64,000 bases of DNA from Candidatus Poribacteria bacterium (GTDB lineage: Bacteria; Poribacteria; WGA-4E; WGA-3G), in NCBI GenBank assembly GCA_963665235.2, contig CAXXLX010000001.1:2624001-2688000 (forward strand), written 5' to 3'. Shown here piece by piece: positions 19,507-29,514 of the stretch. The notes under the pieces were generated by a model. That model saw only the letters and a program-made list of their open reading frames with translations. It searched no databases and was not told where the DNA came from. Each line of letters opens with the position of its first letter. The stretch's first letter is position 1. The translations under genes were made by a program, and so were the position numbers.

Positions 19507-19847
19507 ACTAAACTTTGGACAATTTTATGTTAGTCATTAGCAATTGGCGATTTGGCAATTGGAAACTAGATGTTGTGATTCCAATACGCGGTTTGATGCG
19601 CGTGGATCTCCCTCTTCCTCTTGCTAAATGCTAACAACCATAAGCCAACCTGCTATAAAGATATCGCCCCGCTGGGGCTTGTTTGTGGGGGCTCACCTTT
19701 GCTATAAACATTCCGCCCCGCTGGGGCTGCGTTTTCGCACATTGGAGCCTATTTTCTACTGTTTGTCCTTGTGTGAGGACCTTAGAGAAAAATCAGAAAT
19801 GCTTTGAAATCGGGCATCAACCGGACAGATATTGTCCAAACTATAGT
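19507..19847. mobile_element. 341-bp MITE inserted in the -10 box
   Basis: Ends ACTAAACTTTGGACAA / TTGTCCAAACTATAGT; 7-bp duplication ACACTTT; related single ends at 7041 and 34186. Confidence 0.8.
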
Positions 19848-19960
19848 ACACTTTAGGATAAGTGGACAAAATCGTGATGAGACCCTTCTATCTTAAAACG
19901 GAGATAGAATAGCGGGGTATGAGGGACCTCCCTCTCATCATTATTTCAACGAAAACCCTC
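19847..19960 (+). ncRNA. Candidate structured leader RNA, copy B
   Basis: Pairings TGATGA/TCATCA, TTCTATCT/AGATAGAA, GAGGG/CCCTC; duplicated at 18238-18350. Confidence 0.4.
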
Positions 19961-20001
19961 AACGATAAGTATAGAAGAAAAATGTGAGGGAACATTTAAA
20001 T

Positions 20002-21168
20002 ATGAGTATAGGCAAAGAACGCGGTGGCATTCTTTTCGGTTTTGTTGCGGCAACATTTCTTTTTCTCCTCACGCTCTTGGTGTTGAGTGGGTGCGATGAG
20101 GGAATGAATATGATGCCGCCACCACCGGTGGTGGAAGAGCCGACGGATCCGGTAGGTCCGACGACCGAGCCGACAACCAACGGCGAGGTCAAGAAGCCGG
20201 ATGACGAGAAACCAACGGAGCCAGAGGAGCCGGCGCCGCAGCCGACAGTAACGATTAGCGCAGCGGTGCAGACAGACGATGGCTCCATTGTTGTTGCTGG
20301 AGAGAGTTCTAACTTGCCGGAAGGGACAACAGTAACGGTAACACTTGGTGAAACCATTACAGCAACCGCAACGACTGATGCCGCGGGTGCATGGACAGTA
20401 ACCGTGCCATCCACGGAAACGAAAAAACTGTCCGCAAGGACGGTGGCGATAACCGCTGCGGCGACAGGTGCGACTACTGGCACTGGCAGTGTGGAGTACA
20501 TGCCGGTACCTCAGCCGATGGTGACGATTAGTTCGGCGACCCAGAATGAAGATGGGTCTGTTACGGTGTCCGGGGTGAGTACTGATTTGTCGGAAGGAAC
20601 GCCTGTTACTGTTACCTTGGGTTCCGGTATCACTGTAACGACGACAGTTGATGCCACGGGTGCGTGGACGGTAACCGTCCCCGTCACAAGAGCGAGGAAA
20701 CTTGGTGCTGGGATTTCTTCTGTTACGGCAAGCGCAGTAAATACCACCGTCAGTACTGGCACGATTGAATATGTGCCGTTGACAATAGAGGAAGAGGTTG
20801 TGCGGGAATATGCGCAATACAACTTTTCTGATGAGGTGGTGCAACGACTGGTTGAACGATTGGTTGAAATGCAGAAGAATTGGGATGAGTACGATGCTGG
20901 CAAAATTACTGCCCAGGAGATATCCAGAAGGGCTGATGTATTGTATGAGAAAGCATACGGTATCTCTGACGCTGAAGCATATGAGCTTTTACAAATTTAC
21001 ATTGAAGAAAATCCGGAAGAAGAGTACTTATTTGGTGGGTGGAATGGAGATGATGTCGGTCTCGCCTACCTTATTATCAAACGAGATCATCCGGATACCA
21101 CCTGGGAAGAGGTTAAGGAACTGTTCCGGCAAGGTTCCAGAGACGGCAGTATCACCATTTCCGGTTAA
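20002..21168 (+). CDS. Surface lipoprotein with Pro/Glu linker and two Ig-like repeats
   Basis: Lipobox LSGC; two ~90-aa Thr/Val-rich repeats with GAWTVTVP; helical acidic C-terminus. Confidence 0.8.
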   Translation: MSIGKERGGILFGFVAATFLFLLTLLVLSGCDEGMNMMPPPPVVEEPTDPVGPTTEPTTNGEVKKPDDEKPTEPEEPAPQPTVTISAAVQTDDGSIVVAGESSNLPEGTTVTVTLGETITATATTDAAGAWTVTVPSTETKKLSARTVAITAAATGATTGTGSVEYMPVPQPMVTISSATQNEDGSVTVSGVSTDLSEGTPVTVTLGSGITVTTTVDATGAWTVTVPVTRARKLGAGISSVTASAVNTTVSTGTIEYVPLTIEEEVVREYAQYNFSDEVVQRLVERLVEMQKNWDEYDAGKITAQEISRRADVLYEKAYGISDAEAYELLQIYIEENPEEEYLFGGWNGDDVGLAYLIIKRDHPDTTWEEVKELFRQGSRDGSITISG

Positions 21169-21176
21169 GATCTTTT

Positions 21177-21208
21177 AAAAACCGACCTACAATAGTAGGT
21201 CGGTTTTT
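21177..21208. terminator. Bidirectional intrinsic terminator
   Basis: AAAAACCGACCTAC-aata-GTAGGTCGGTTTTT between convergent genes. Confidence 0.85.
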
Positions 21209-21212
21209 CTGT

Positions 21213-23582
21213 TTAAGAGCATTGTCCACTGGAGCAGGTTTGTCCGGATGGACAGTATTTTATTTCATACCTTCTGACTGTGCCACCAGCGTCACAATCT
21301 TCCTTATTACTACTTGAAGAGCAGTACCAAGCTCTACAATTTCTTCTTGCTCTGTCGTTTTTATTTTTAGGACAATACCACCCTTTCCATGTGCAACTTT
21401 GGCAGGACCCAGCACCCTTGCAACCGTTTTGATTGCCGGAAGTGTGGCAGCTAGTGCAGTATTCGTTGGCACCACAATCACTGTGAGAGGTGCAAGGGGT
21501 GCAGCTTCTGTGTACCCATTTTTTATCTCCGTTACAGGTATACCACCCTTGTGTGTGTACAGCATCGGTACCAGTGTGGGTGTGTCCTGGACCTTTTCCG
21601 GCACCTGTATGTTCGTGTGTGTTGTCACAGAATGAGACCCAACTTATTTCTGAATCGTCCGGGATTGGGCAGTTAACGCATCTGTTGCTGCTGGAGCAGA
21701 TTTTTCCGGGGAAGCAGTGGGAATCTTCTGCGCAGACGACACAGGCGGTTCTGTTGGTGTTGCAATATGATTTGCTACTGTCGATGTCTGAACAGAGTTT
21801 TCCTGATTCCACATCCTTTCTACAGGAAATACCAACAGAGTACACTGTGTCAACCTCACAAACTGTTCCAGCAGTACATTTATACGGATCATCAGTAGTT
21901 TCGTTAGTGCTACCGCCCCAAGTACCTTTGCAGGTCCATTTGATGTCTTTGTCATATTCGTGAGCAGGGGCGGTGTAGATATTGTCGTTTGTGCCGGAGG
22001 AGCAGCCGTCAGTGTTGTCGGAGCGGCTGTTGATACCTACCACGACGGTCTTGGTTTGTGGTGAGTCGCCGCTGTAGCCGCATTCGTTTGGTGTGCAGGT
22101 GAATGACACGGTTGCGCCGTCGTAGGTCTTTGTTAGTAGGTAGTTTTTGTGCGGCGTTGTGGTCTTATCTATGTGTGGAGCGGTGTTTTGCCGGAGTATT
22201 GGTGTTGTGCTTGTTACTTTAGTGGGGGTGATTTTATACTTATACCCACAATAACTGTAGCAATACTTCTTATAGGTGTAAGAGTAGTTTTGGTATTCTG
22301 AATAAATTCTGTCATAGGTATACTGCTGTGTATCTGCCGGACATTTTTGCGTATTTGGCACCGATGGACAAGAGTCGTTGTAATTTTCTGCTGTTGAGGT
22401 GTGGTAGAGGGATCCGTGGCTTTTCTGAGAGTGAATGGTGCTTCTCACATCATCACTTGTTGTTTCAGTGAAGTCCGTTGCGGTGCCACTGCTGTCTTTG
22501 TAGTAGTAATGCACCTCCTTTGCCACTGAATAGTCATTACACCAGTCGGTGGCAGTGTCGCTGTATGTGGACATTGCTCCCGCATAACCAAAAACAAGAG
22601 AGGTGCAGGATGTGCAGTTGCCGTTGTAACATACATTACCATAGCCGCATTGTGTGCCATTCACAGATTGAGCGACACCGGAGCAGTATGAACCACCACA
22701 AGAGGGGGTGGGGTTGTTGCATTCGGTGTATTGCGTGATACCGCAGGCGATGGTGGATGCATCAGGAAGGGTACTCCATCCGCCGTCCACGGCGGTGCAA
22801 CAAGTGCTGGTGGATGGGGTGCTTGCCCAAGTGCCATTGCTGTTGCAGCTATAGGTCGCTGAACCGGTTGGTGAACCTGTGCTGTCGTTTACGGTGGTGG
22901 AGCTGCCGGCGTTGGTTGTCGCGCGCTTGCCATAGCAGGTGTTTGAGCCGACGGTCCAGCTGATGTCGGTGGTGTCTGCGGGGCATTGGGGGGAGGTGCA
23001 GGTCGCGCCTGAGTTGAGTGTCCAGCTGCCGGAGGTAGTGCAGGTGTATCTGGCTGTGCCGGTGGTACCGGTGCTGTCTGTGAGAGAGCGGGCTTGTCCT
23101 GGGTAGCCGACAGTGAGGGAGGCGGTGCAGGAACTGGAGTTGACTGTCCATGTGGCGGTCTTGGCGGCACACTTGGTGCCGCAGACACCGGACTGTTTGG
23201 TGAAGGTGCCGTCGTAGCAGCGGTACTGCGCGGTGCCGGTGTGAGGGTCGGTTGAGTCAACAACATTCTTGTATCCTCTATGGTTGGTTGTGGTCAGGGG
23301 TGCGGTGCAAGAGGGAATGCCGTAGGTCCATGTGGCGGTGGTGGCAGCGCATCTTTGTCCGGCGACACATTGACCACCTTTACAGACATCGCTGCTGGAA
23401 CAGGAGAGGGTCTGGGTCTTTTTGATGGTACCGTCGGAGAGGCGGCAGTGTCTGATGCGTCTTCCTTGTTGGTTACAGGTGTAGGTGGTGTCCCAGACAC
23501 AGGTCTCACACTTGTTGAGGTCAGTGCGGCAGTAGTCATCGGCACCGGAGCAGTGGCTGTCTCTGGTGCATTGGACACAATT
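21213..23582 (-). pseudogene. 5'-truncated Cys/Thr-rich repeat protein (~790 codons) with TSP1-like module
   Basis: Frame of ORF 21213..22790 stays open to ~23603 with no upstream start codon; CVQCTRDSHC-type and TWTV..C..TGTAxYxC repeats; VDGGWS...CNNPTPSCGGSYCSG. Confidence 0.8.
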
Positions 23583-23725
23583 AGCCCAGTATGGGCGATA
23601 TGTTTATAGAAGCCGAGCCCCCCCACACCTTAGTCCCATCGGGACGATATGTTTAGAGAAGCCGAGACCCCCCGCTAGTATATTTCTGGTTGCCACTTGC
23701 TAATAACGATATGTTTAGAGAAGCT
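23583..23725 (-). repeat. Cluster of CTMTAAACATATCG hairpin repeats
   Basis: CGATATGTTTAKAGAAG at ~23596, 23645, 23707. Confidence 0.75.
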
Positions 23726-23780
23726 AGAGAAAAAACGGGTGCGTTTCTTAAGAGGGGTAATACTTCCCCCAAAACAACAC

Positions 23781-24063
23781 CATATTTTTTGTGAAGGAAA
23801 ATTAAACATTTAGCAACTAACCTAACAGAACCCCGAACCCTTTTTCGGAGGAAAGCGGTGCGTTTTGCCACTCCCCTGCTTATCCCCCGATAGCGAAAGT
23901 GTGACATTTCACTTTTTTCGAAATCGTCCAAGGCAGGTGCAAACTGCTTACAAAGATAGACGTGGCGGGCGTTTAGGCGAATGCAGAACCGAAAACCCAA
24001 TGTTACACTTTGTGTCAAAAGTGTAATATTTACACCGGTTTTGGACAAAAATGTTACACACCC
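23781..24063. mobile_element. Diverged partial copy of the element at 29515..30133
   Basis: Shared AAGCGGTGCGTTTTGC, ATAGACGTGG, AATGTTACACTTTGTGTCAAAAGTGTAA and terminal TTACACACCC. Confidence 0.7.
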
Positions 24064-24070
24064 CAGCGCC

Positions 24071-24302
24071 CAGGGCCATTTAGTTTTAAGAATTATCAAT
24101 TAATGTGTATTACTAACGTTATATTGTAGGTCGGGTTGAACGGCAGTGAAACCCGCCAAATGCCATACGCGCATTTGGCGTTGATTTGGACAAACCCCAA
24201 CGTGTCGGGTATCGCTTCGCTCAACCCGACCTACAGGAGTCTCCTGTCCGATTAACGATAGAGATAAAATTTGGTAGAAATATGGAAAACTAAATAGTCC
24301 TG
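24071..24302. mobile_element. 232-bp MITE (CAGG ends) enclosing an inverted GTAGGTCGGGTTGA REP pair
   Basis: 10-bp duplication CCCCAGCGCC at 24061 and 24303; REP pair 24127-24233. Confidence 0.85.
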
Positions 24303-24351
24303 CCCCAGCGCCTACATTCCGTTGAAATCGAGGCGTATTGTACGGTATCAT

Positions 24352-24519
24352 TAGACATTATGCCGGTTTAATTGTAGTCCTTCTGTTTCGTTAGGAGGTG
24401 CGGTGCGTAGGGGCGGGGAAACCCCGCCCGATTTGAAGTTTGCCGTGTTTACAAGGCGAGGTCCCCTCGCCCCTACAATGTTCGCGGGCATCCTTCTGAT
24501 TAAATCATTATAATGTCTA
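24352..24519. mobile_element. MITE (TAGACATTAT ends) enclosing an inverted GTAGGGGCG REP pair
   Basis: TAGACATTAT...ATAATGTCTA; sister copy at 32244..32506. Confidence 0.75.
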
Positions 24520-24600
24520 ATTCTTAAAACTAAATGGCCCTGCCATTCTTGAATTTTAGATTGACACCCTCCAAGAAAACATGTTAATATATACCTAAAC

Positions 24601-26226
24601 ATGTACATTTGTTGTTTGTCGATGGTAAACATTTTGAATTTTGTGAAACGTTACCAAAATTGGATACTTGCTGTAGGCTCAGCAGGTCTGTTGTTTTGTA
24701 GTTTTCCGAACGTTAATTTCTTTCCATTTGCGTGGTTTGCGCTGGTTCCGTTATTGGTTGCATTGAAACGTGCCTCAAGTTGGAAATCGGCGTTTTGGAG
24801 CGGTTATTTAACAGGCGGGCTCTTTTTCGCGGGACTACTTCTCGCAATTGCACGCCTCTATCCGTACGCTAACATTTTTGTAACCCTCCTCGGCTATCTG
24901 CTTTTGGTTGGATATACAGCACTTTATTTTGCTATTTTTAGCGTGATTGTCTATCGGTTACGGGAGCAGCAATCCGGTATACTCTTTGCGTTAGTCGCTG
25001 CATCTGTCTGGGTTGGCTTAGAATGGGTGCGAAGTTGGCTGCTAACGGGATTTCCGTGGGGCAATATCGGCTACTCACAGTGGAACAATCCGCCTGCAAT
25101 ACAAATTGCTTCGCTTACAGGGGTTTACGGTGTTAGTTTTGTGATAGTTTTTCTCAATGCTGGCATTGCAACGTTAATTTGTAAGGGACGTGAGTGGCGG
25201 AAGGAATGGGTCGCTGTGGCAGTGCCGTTGCTCTTAACAATTATCTGTTTGAGTTACGGATTTATCGCATTAAGGCGGGTTCAACCCGTTTCCGAGAAAC
25301 ATTTGAAGGTTGCCCTTATCCCTGGGAACATTCCGCAAATAGAAAAATGGCAGCAGGCGAGTTTTCCGGGTATATTTAGACGTTACCTGACACTGACGCG
25401 CGCTGCTGCGCTTGAACAGCCAGACGTGATTGTTTGGCCAGAAACGACTGTCCGAGGCGAGATATTGTCGGGCAAATATCCGGAATACCACAAAGCGTTC
25501 AAAAAGATGCTGCAGGACATCAATTTACCGATGCTGCTCGGGGCAACCGATCCGGATGCGTTCGGGGATATCTATAACCGCGTTTTGTCGGTGTCCCCGC
25601 AGGGTGAAATTTTAGACAAGTATGCGAAAATGCATCTGGTGCCGTTTGGCGAATACGTGCCTTTGGCAAGTTTTCTCCCCAGCTTTGTGCAATTTAAACC
25701 GTTTGAACATGGAAAAACAGTAAACCTTTTACCTATTGCTAACGTTGAAACTGTAGAATCAGGTATTGAGAAAATAGAGGTTGGAACTTCAATCTGCTTT
25801 GAGTCCGCTTTTCCGAATCATTTTCGGCAGTTTGTGAAAAAAGGCGCGGCGGCGATGGGTATCCTGACGAACGATGCATGGTTTGAAGGCTCCGCCTTTC
25901 CAGAATTGCATTTAGCCATGGCACCGCTTCGGGCGGTAGAAAATCGGATCACTGTGTTTCGATGTGCAAATGGCGGATTTTCATGTGTGATTGATAGAGG
26001 CGGACGAATTGCAACAGCAGCGGTTACACCTGATACCGAAACGGAATTTCTCATTGCACGGGTACCATTATCGGATGGAAACCGCACGCTTTACACCCGA
26101 TACGGAGATTGGTTCTCAATACTTTGCACGCTGCTCAGCATCGCATGGATAGGCGGCGGAATTGTAGGACAACGTACCGGTAACGTTTTTCGTGTACGTC
26201 CTGAAACTGAAACTGAGGAGGAATAG
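24601..26226 (+). CDS. lnt: Apolipoprotein N-acyltransferase
   Basis: GFPWGNIGYSQ, VWPET, YAKMHLVPFGEY, ICFES, TNDAWF. Confidence 0.95.
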   Translation: MYICCLSMVNILNFVKRYQNWILAVGSAGLLFCSFPNVNFFPFAWFALVPLLVALKRASSWKSAFWSGYLTGGLFFAGLLLAIARLYPYANIFVTLLGYLLLVGYTALYFAIFSVIVYRLREQQSGILFALVAASVWVGLEWVRSWLLTGFPWGNIGYSQWNNPPAIQIASLTGVYGVSFVIVFLNAGIATLICKGREWRKEWVAVAVPLLLTIICLSYGFIALRRVQPVSEKHLKVALIPGNIPQIEKWQQASFPGIFRRYLTLTRAAALEQPDVIVWPETTVRGEILSGKYPEYHKAFKKMLQDINLPMLLGATDPDAFGDIYNRVLSVSPQGEILDKYAKMHLVPFGEYVPLASFLPSFVQFKPFEHGKTVNLLPIANVETVESGIEKIEVGTSICFESAFPNHFRQFVKKGAAAMGILTNDAWFEGSAFPELHLAMAPLRAVENRITVFRCANGGFSCVIDRGGRIATAAVTPDTETEFLIARVPLSDGNRTLYTRYGDWFSILCTLLSIAWIGGGIVGQRTGNVFRVRPETETEEE

Positions 26227-27331
26227 ATGTTAGTTGATTTAAAAACACAAGTTGATGATATGGTTACACGGCTCCTTGAACTCTGGGGGTATCTTTGACC
26301 TTACCGATAAACAGAAGGAGTTGGCTGGACTTGAAAAGGAGATAGCCGCCCCCGATTTTTGGCAAAATCCGCAGCAGGTTCAAAAGGTCAATCAGCGAAT
26401 CGCTGCACTCAAAAATGAAGTTGAGGATTATGGGAGCTTGCAAGCGGATATTGAGGACCTACAGGTCCTCGTCGAACTTGCTATTGAAGAAGATGAAACC
26501 GGGCTGCAAACGGAAATAGAAAACGGATTGGAAACGATTAAGACCCGATTCGATAAAATAGAACTCCGATTAATGCTCAACGGGGAGTTCGATGCGAACA
26601 ATGCAATTCTTAGCATACACCCCGGAGCAGGCGGTGTTGATGCCCAAGATTGGGCTGGCATGTTAATGCGGATGTACCTCCGCTGGTGCGACCAGCGCGA
26701 GTATACAACTGAAATCATTGACTTAACCCCCGGCGACGAAGCTGGCATTAAAGGGGCAACGATTTTGGTGAAAGGCACATCAGCCTACGGTTATCTGAAA
26801 GCGGAATCAGGGGTACATCGACTCATTCGGTTATCGCCGTACGATTATAACAAGCGGCGGCATACGGCCTTCGCTGCGGTGAGTGCTATGCCTGAAATAG
26901 ATGAGACTGTCAATGTCGATATTCATACTGAAGATTTACGAATAGAATGTTACCGCGCAAGCGGTGCAGGCGGACAACACGTTAATGTCACGGACTCGGC
27001 TGTCCGTATTATGCACAAACCGACAGGGATTATGGCGCAGTGTCAAAATGAACGCTCCCAGCACAGAAACCGGGAAATCGCTATGAAGATATTGCGCTCC
27101 CGATTGTATAACCATTATCAGGCACAACGCGACGAAGAACTCGCGAAACTACAGCCTGAAAGACGAAATATCGACTTCGGAAACCAAATCCGCTCCTATG
27201 TACTGCACCCGTACCAACGTGTTAAGGATACACGGACGAACGTTGAGACCGGCAATGTCAATGCGGTCCTGGATGGTGCTATAGATATGTTCATTGAAAG
27301 TTATTTGAAAATGAAACCTGCGGAGAAGTGA
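26227..27331 (+). CDS. prfB: Peptide chain release factor 2, programmed +1 frameshift
   Basis: ATG at 26227; GGGGG-TAT-CTT-TGA-C at 26285-26299; GGQ motif; SPY anticodon-mimic. Confidence 0.95.
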
Positions 27332-27338
27332 TAGTAAC

Positions 27339-27490
27339 ACCCAAGTTGCTACTTATAAGTTTTTAGACCTGGAAACACCGTCTTTAATGAAAATATGCTG
27401 ATAATTAGCTAATATTTGTCCCGTTCACTTCCAATTTGCACACAAATATGCACAATCTGGAAGATTATGCTACTATGTGGCAACTTAGGT
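27339..27490. mobile_element. MITE (ACCYAAGTTGC ends)
   Basis: 7-bp duplication TAGTAAC; related to 56074..56226. Confidence 0.85.
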
Positions 27491-28094
27491 TAGTAACGCG
27501 AGCTTGATAGTGAATGTCCGTTTGTTCCAACCCGTATGTTGAAACAAGCGTTGTGATTGTGTGTAGTAGGGAAACCATTCATTGCCCGTCGGTCGAACTA
27601 TTTGTTTAAGCTTCATTATGCGTAAACTCTGAGGATGGTGAAATATGCAACATTTTTGCACACAAATATGCACAATCTGGAAGATTATGCTACTATGTGG
27701 CAACTTAGGTTAGTAACGCGAGCTTGATAGTGAATGTCCGTTTGTTCCAACCCGTATGTTGAAACAAGCGTTGTGATTGTGTGTAGTAGGGAAACCATTC
27801 ATTGCCCGTCGGTCGAACTATTTGTTTAAGCTTCATTATGCGTAAACTCTGAGGATGGTGAAATATGCAACATTTTTGCACACAAATATGCACAATCTGG
27901 AAGATTATGCTACTATGTGGCAACTTAGGTTAGTAACGCGAGCTTGATAGTGAATGTCCGTTTGTTCCAACCCGTATGTTGAAACAAGCGTTGTGATTGT
28001 GTGTAGTAGGGAAACCATTCATTGCCCGTCGGTCGAACTATTTGTTTAAGCTTCATTATGCGTAAACTCTGAGGATGGTGAAATATGCAACATT
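27435..28094. repeat. Perfect 220-bp tandem triplication
   Basis: Units start at 27435, 27655, 27875; each ends with GAGGATGG and ATGCAACATT. Confidence 0.95.
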
Positions 28095-29479
28095 ATAAAT
28101 TACAGGTGTATCTGACGTTGATTCTGGGGCTACTTTTTCTGAACACGTTAGTATTTGCCAAAACGATTCATGTCCCCGCAGCGCAGCCTACAATCCAAGC
28201 CGGTATTGACGCTGCAAAAGATGGCGACACGGTCTTAGTGGCAGATGGAATCTATAAAGGTGACGGAAATGTCAACATCGATTTTAGCGGAAAGCGGATT
28301 ACCGTTAAATCGCGCAATGGGGCAGAAGCAACACTCATCGACTGTGAGGAAAACCCAGATACCCGAGGCTTCATCTTTCAAAACCAAGAATCGAATGATT
28401 CGGTGTTGGATGGATTTACGATAAAAAATGGTATCCATACACTCGGAGCTGGAATTTACTGCAATGGGGCTTCACCGACAATTAAAAATTGTGTCGTTAC
28501 GAAAAACCGAGCCGGGAATCCAGCGAACTTCACAGGGAAAGGTGGCGGAATTTATTGCAAAAATTCTAGCGCGTTGATAGAAGAATGCACAATTACGCAC
28601 AACTTTGTAGGTTCAAAGTTCGGCGGTGGGGTTCATTTAACAGGAGAATGGAGTGGAGAACTCCCCACCCGAGCTAAACCGCGCCTAATCAATTGCACGA
28701 TTTCAGAAAATACGGGCAGCGGTATTTATAGTGAGGGACGGACCACTACCGTTATAAAAGGTTGCACGATTTCTAAAAACACGAGCCGAGGGGTAGTGTG
28801 TACCGGCAATTATTCGTGGGATAGTAATCTTATTATCAATTCCCGTATTGAGCAAAATGCAGATGGCGGTATTGAGGTCTCTCAAGAAACAGCTATAGAT
28901 ATTACTGAGTCTATTATCAGGCAAAATACAGCCGACTCAGGGGGCGGAATTTCCTGTAGTCGAACATCAACGCTTAACGTTTCTGAGTGTATCATCGCGG
29001 AAAATACAGCGACCAAATGGGGCGGCGGATTAGATATTGAATCTTGGTCAGGGAAAGCAACTATTACACATTCTACAATAACACGGAATACGGCTGGTAA
29101 GTGGGGCGGTGGAATCTTTTTCAGTTCTACGCCAGCATCTAATATCCACCTTACGTTGACCAATTCAATCGTTTGGGGAAATACATCCGAGGGCAGCTTC
29201 GATGAGGCTGCATTAGGCGGTAATAAGATAGTTATCAGAACTTGCGATATCGGAGGGGGACTTGAAGGCCTCAAGCGGGAGGCACATCCGGATGAGTTAA
29301 TTTATGAAGACAACATTGATGAAGACCCACGCTTCGTTAATGCGGACAGCGGCGACTATAGACTGAAACCTGGAAGTCCTGCTGCTGCAATGGGCCCACA
29401 ATCGTCACTTGGGGGTTTACTCAGTGTCGCTGCGGTTGGAAAACGTCTTGTAAAGTGGGCAGAACTGAAACGCAGATAG
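28085..29479 (+). CDS. Secreted right-handed parallel beta-helix protein
   Basis: Signal peptide; TIQAGIDAAKDGDTVLVADGIY; GGGI repeats; DPRFVN..GDYRLKPGSP; C-terminal W-K motif. Confidence 0.9.
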   Translation: MQHYKLQVYLTLILGLLFLNTLVFAKTIHVPAAQPTIQAGIDAAKDGDTVLVADGIYKGDGNVNIDFSGKRITVKSRNGAEATLIDCEENPDTRGFIFQNQESNDSVLDGFTIKNGIHTLGAGIYCNGASPTIKNCVVTKNRAGNPANFTGKGGGIYCKNSSALIEECTITHNFVGSKFGGGVHLTGEWSGELPTRAKPRLINCTISENTGSGIYSEGRTTTVIKGCTISKNTSRGVVCTGNYSWDSNLIINSRIEQNADGGIEVSQETAIDITESIIRQNTADSGGGISCSRTSTLNVSECIIAENTATKWGGGLDIESWSGKATITHSTITRNTAGKWGGGIFFSSTPASNIHLTLTNSIVWGNTSEGSFDEAALGGNKIVIRTCDIGGGLEGLKREAHPDELIYEDNIDEDPRFVNADSGDYRLKPGSPAAAMGPQSSLGGLLSVAAVGKRLVKWAELKRR

Positions 29480-29514
29480 CTCTGATACAGAAACTTTACA
29501 CACTCCTACGAACA

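Noticed and set aside
22849-23626. Pro/Ala-rich ORFs 22849..23172, 22889..23266 and 23294..23626
   Set aside because: Alternative frames of the long Cys-rich frame
27485-27923. Two identical 72-aa ORFs
   Set aside because: Antisense by-products of the 220-bp triplication
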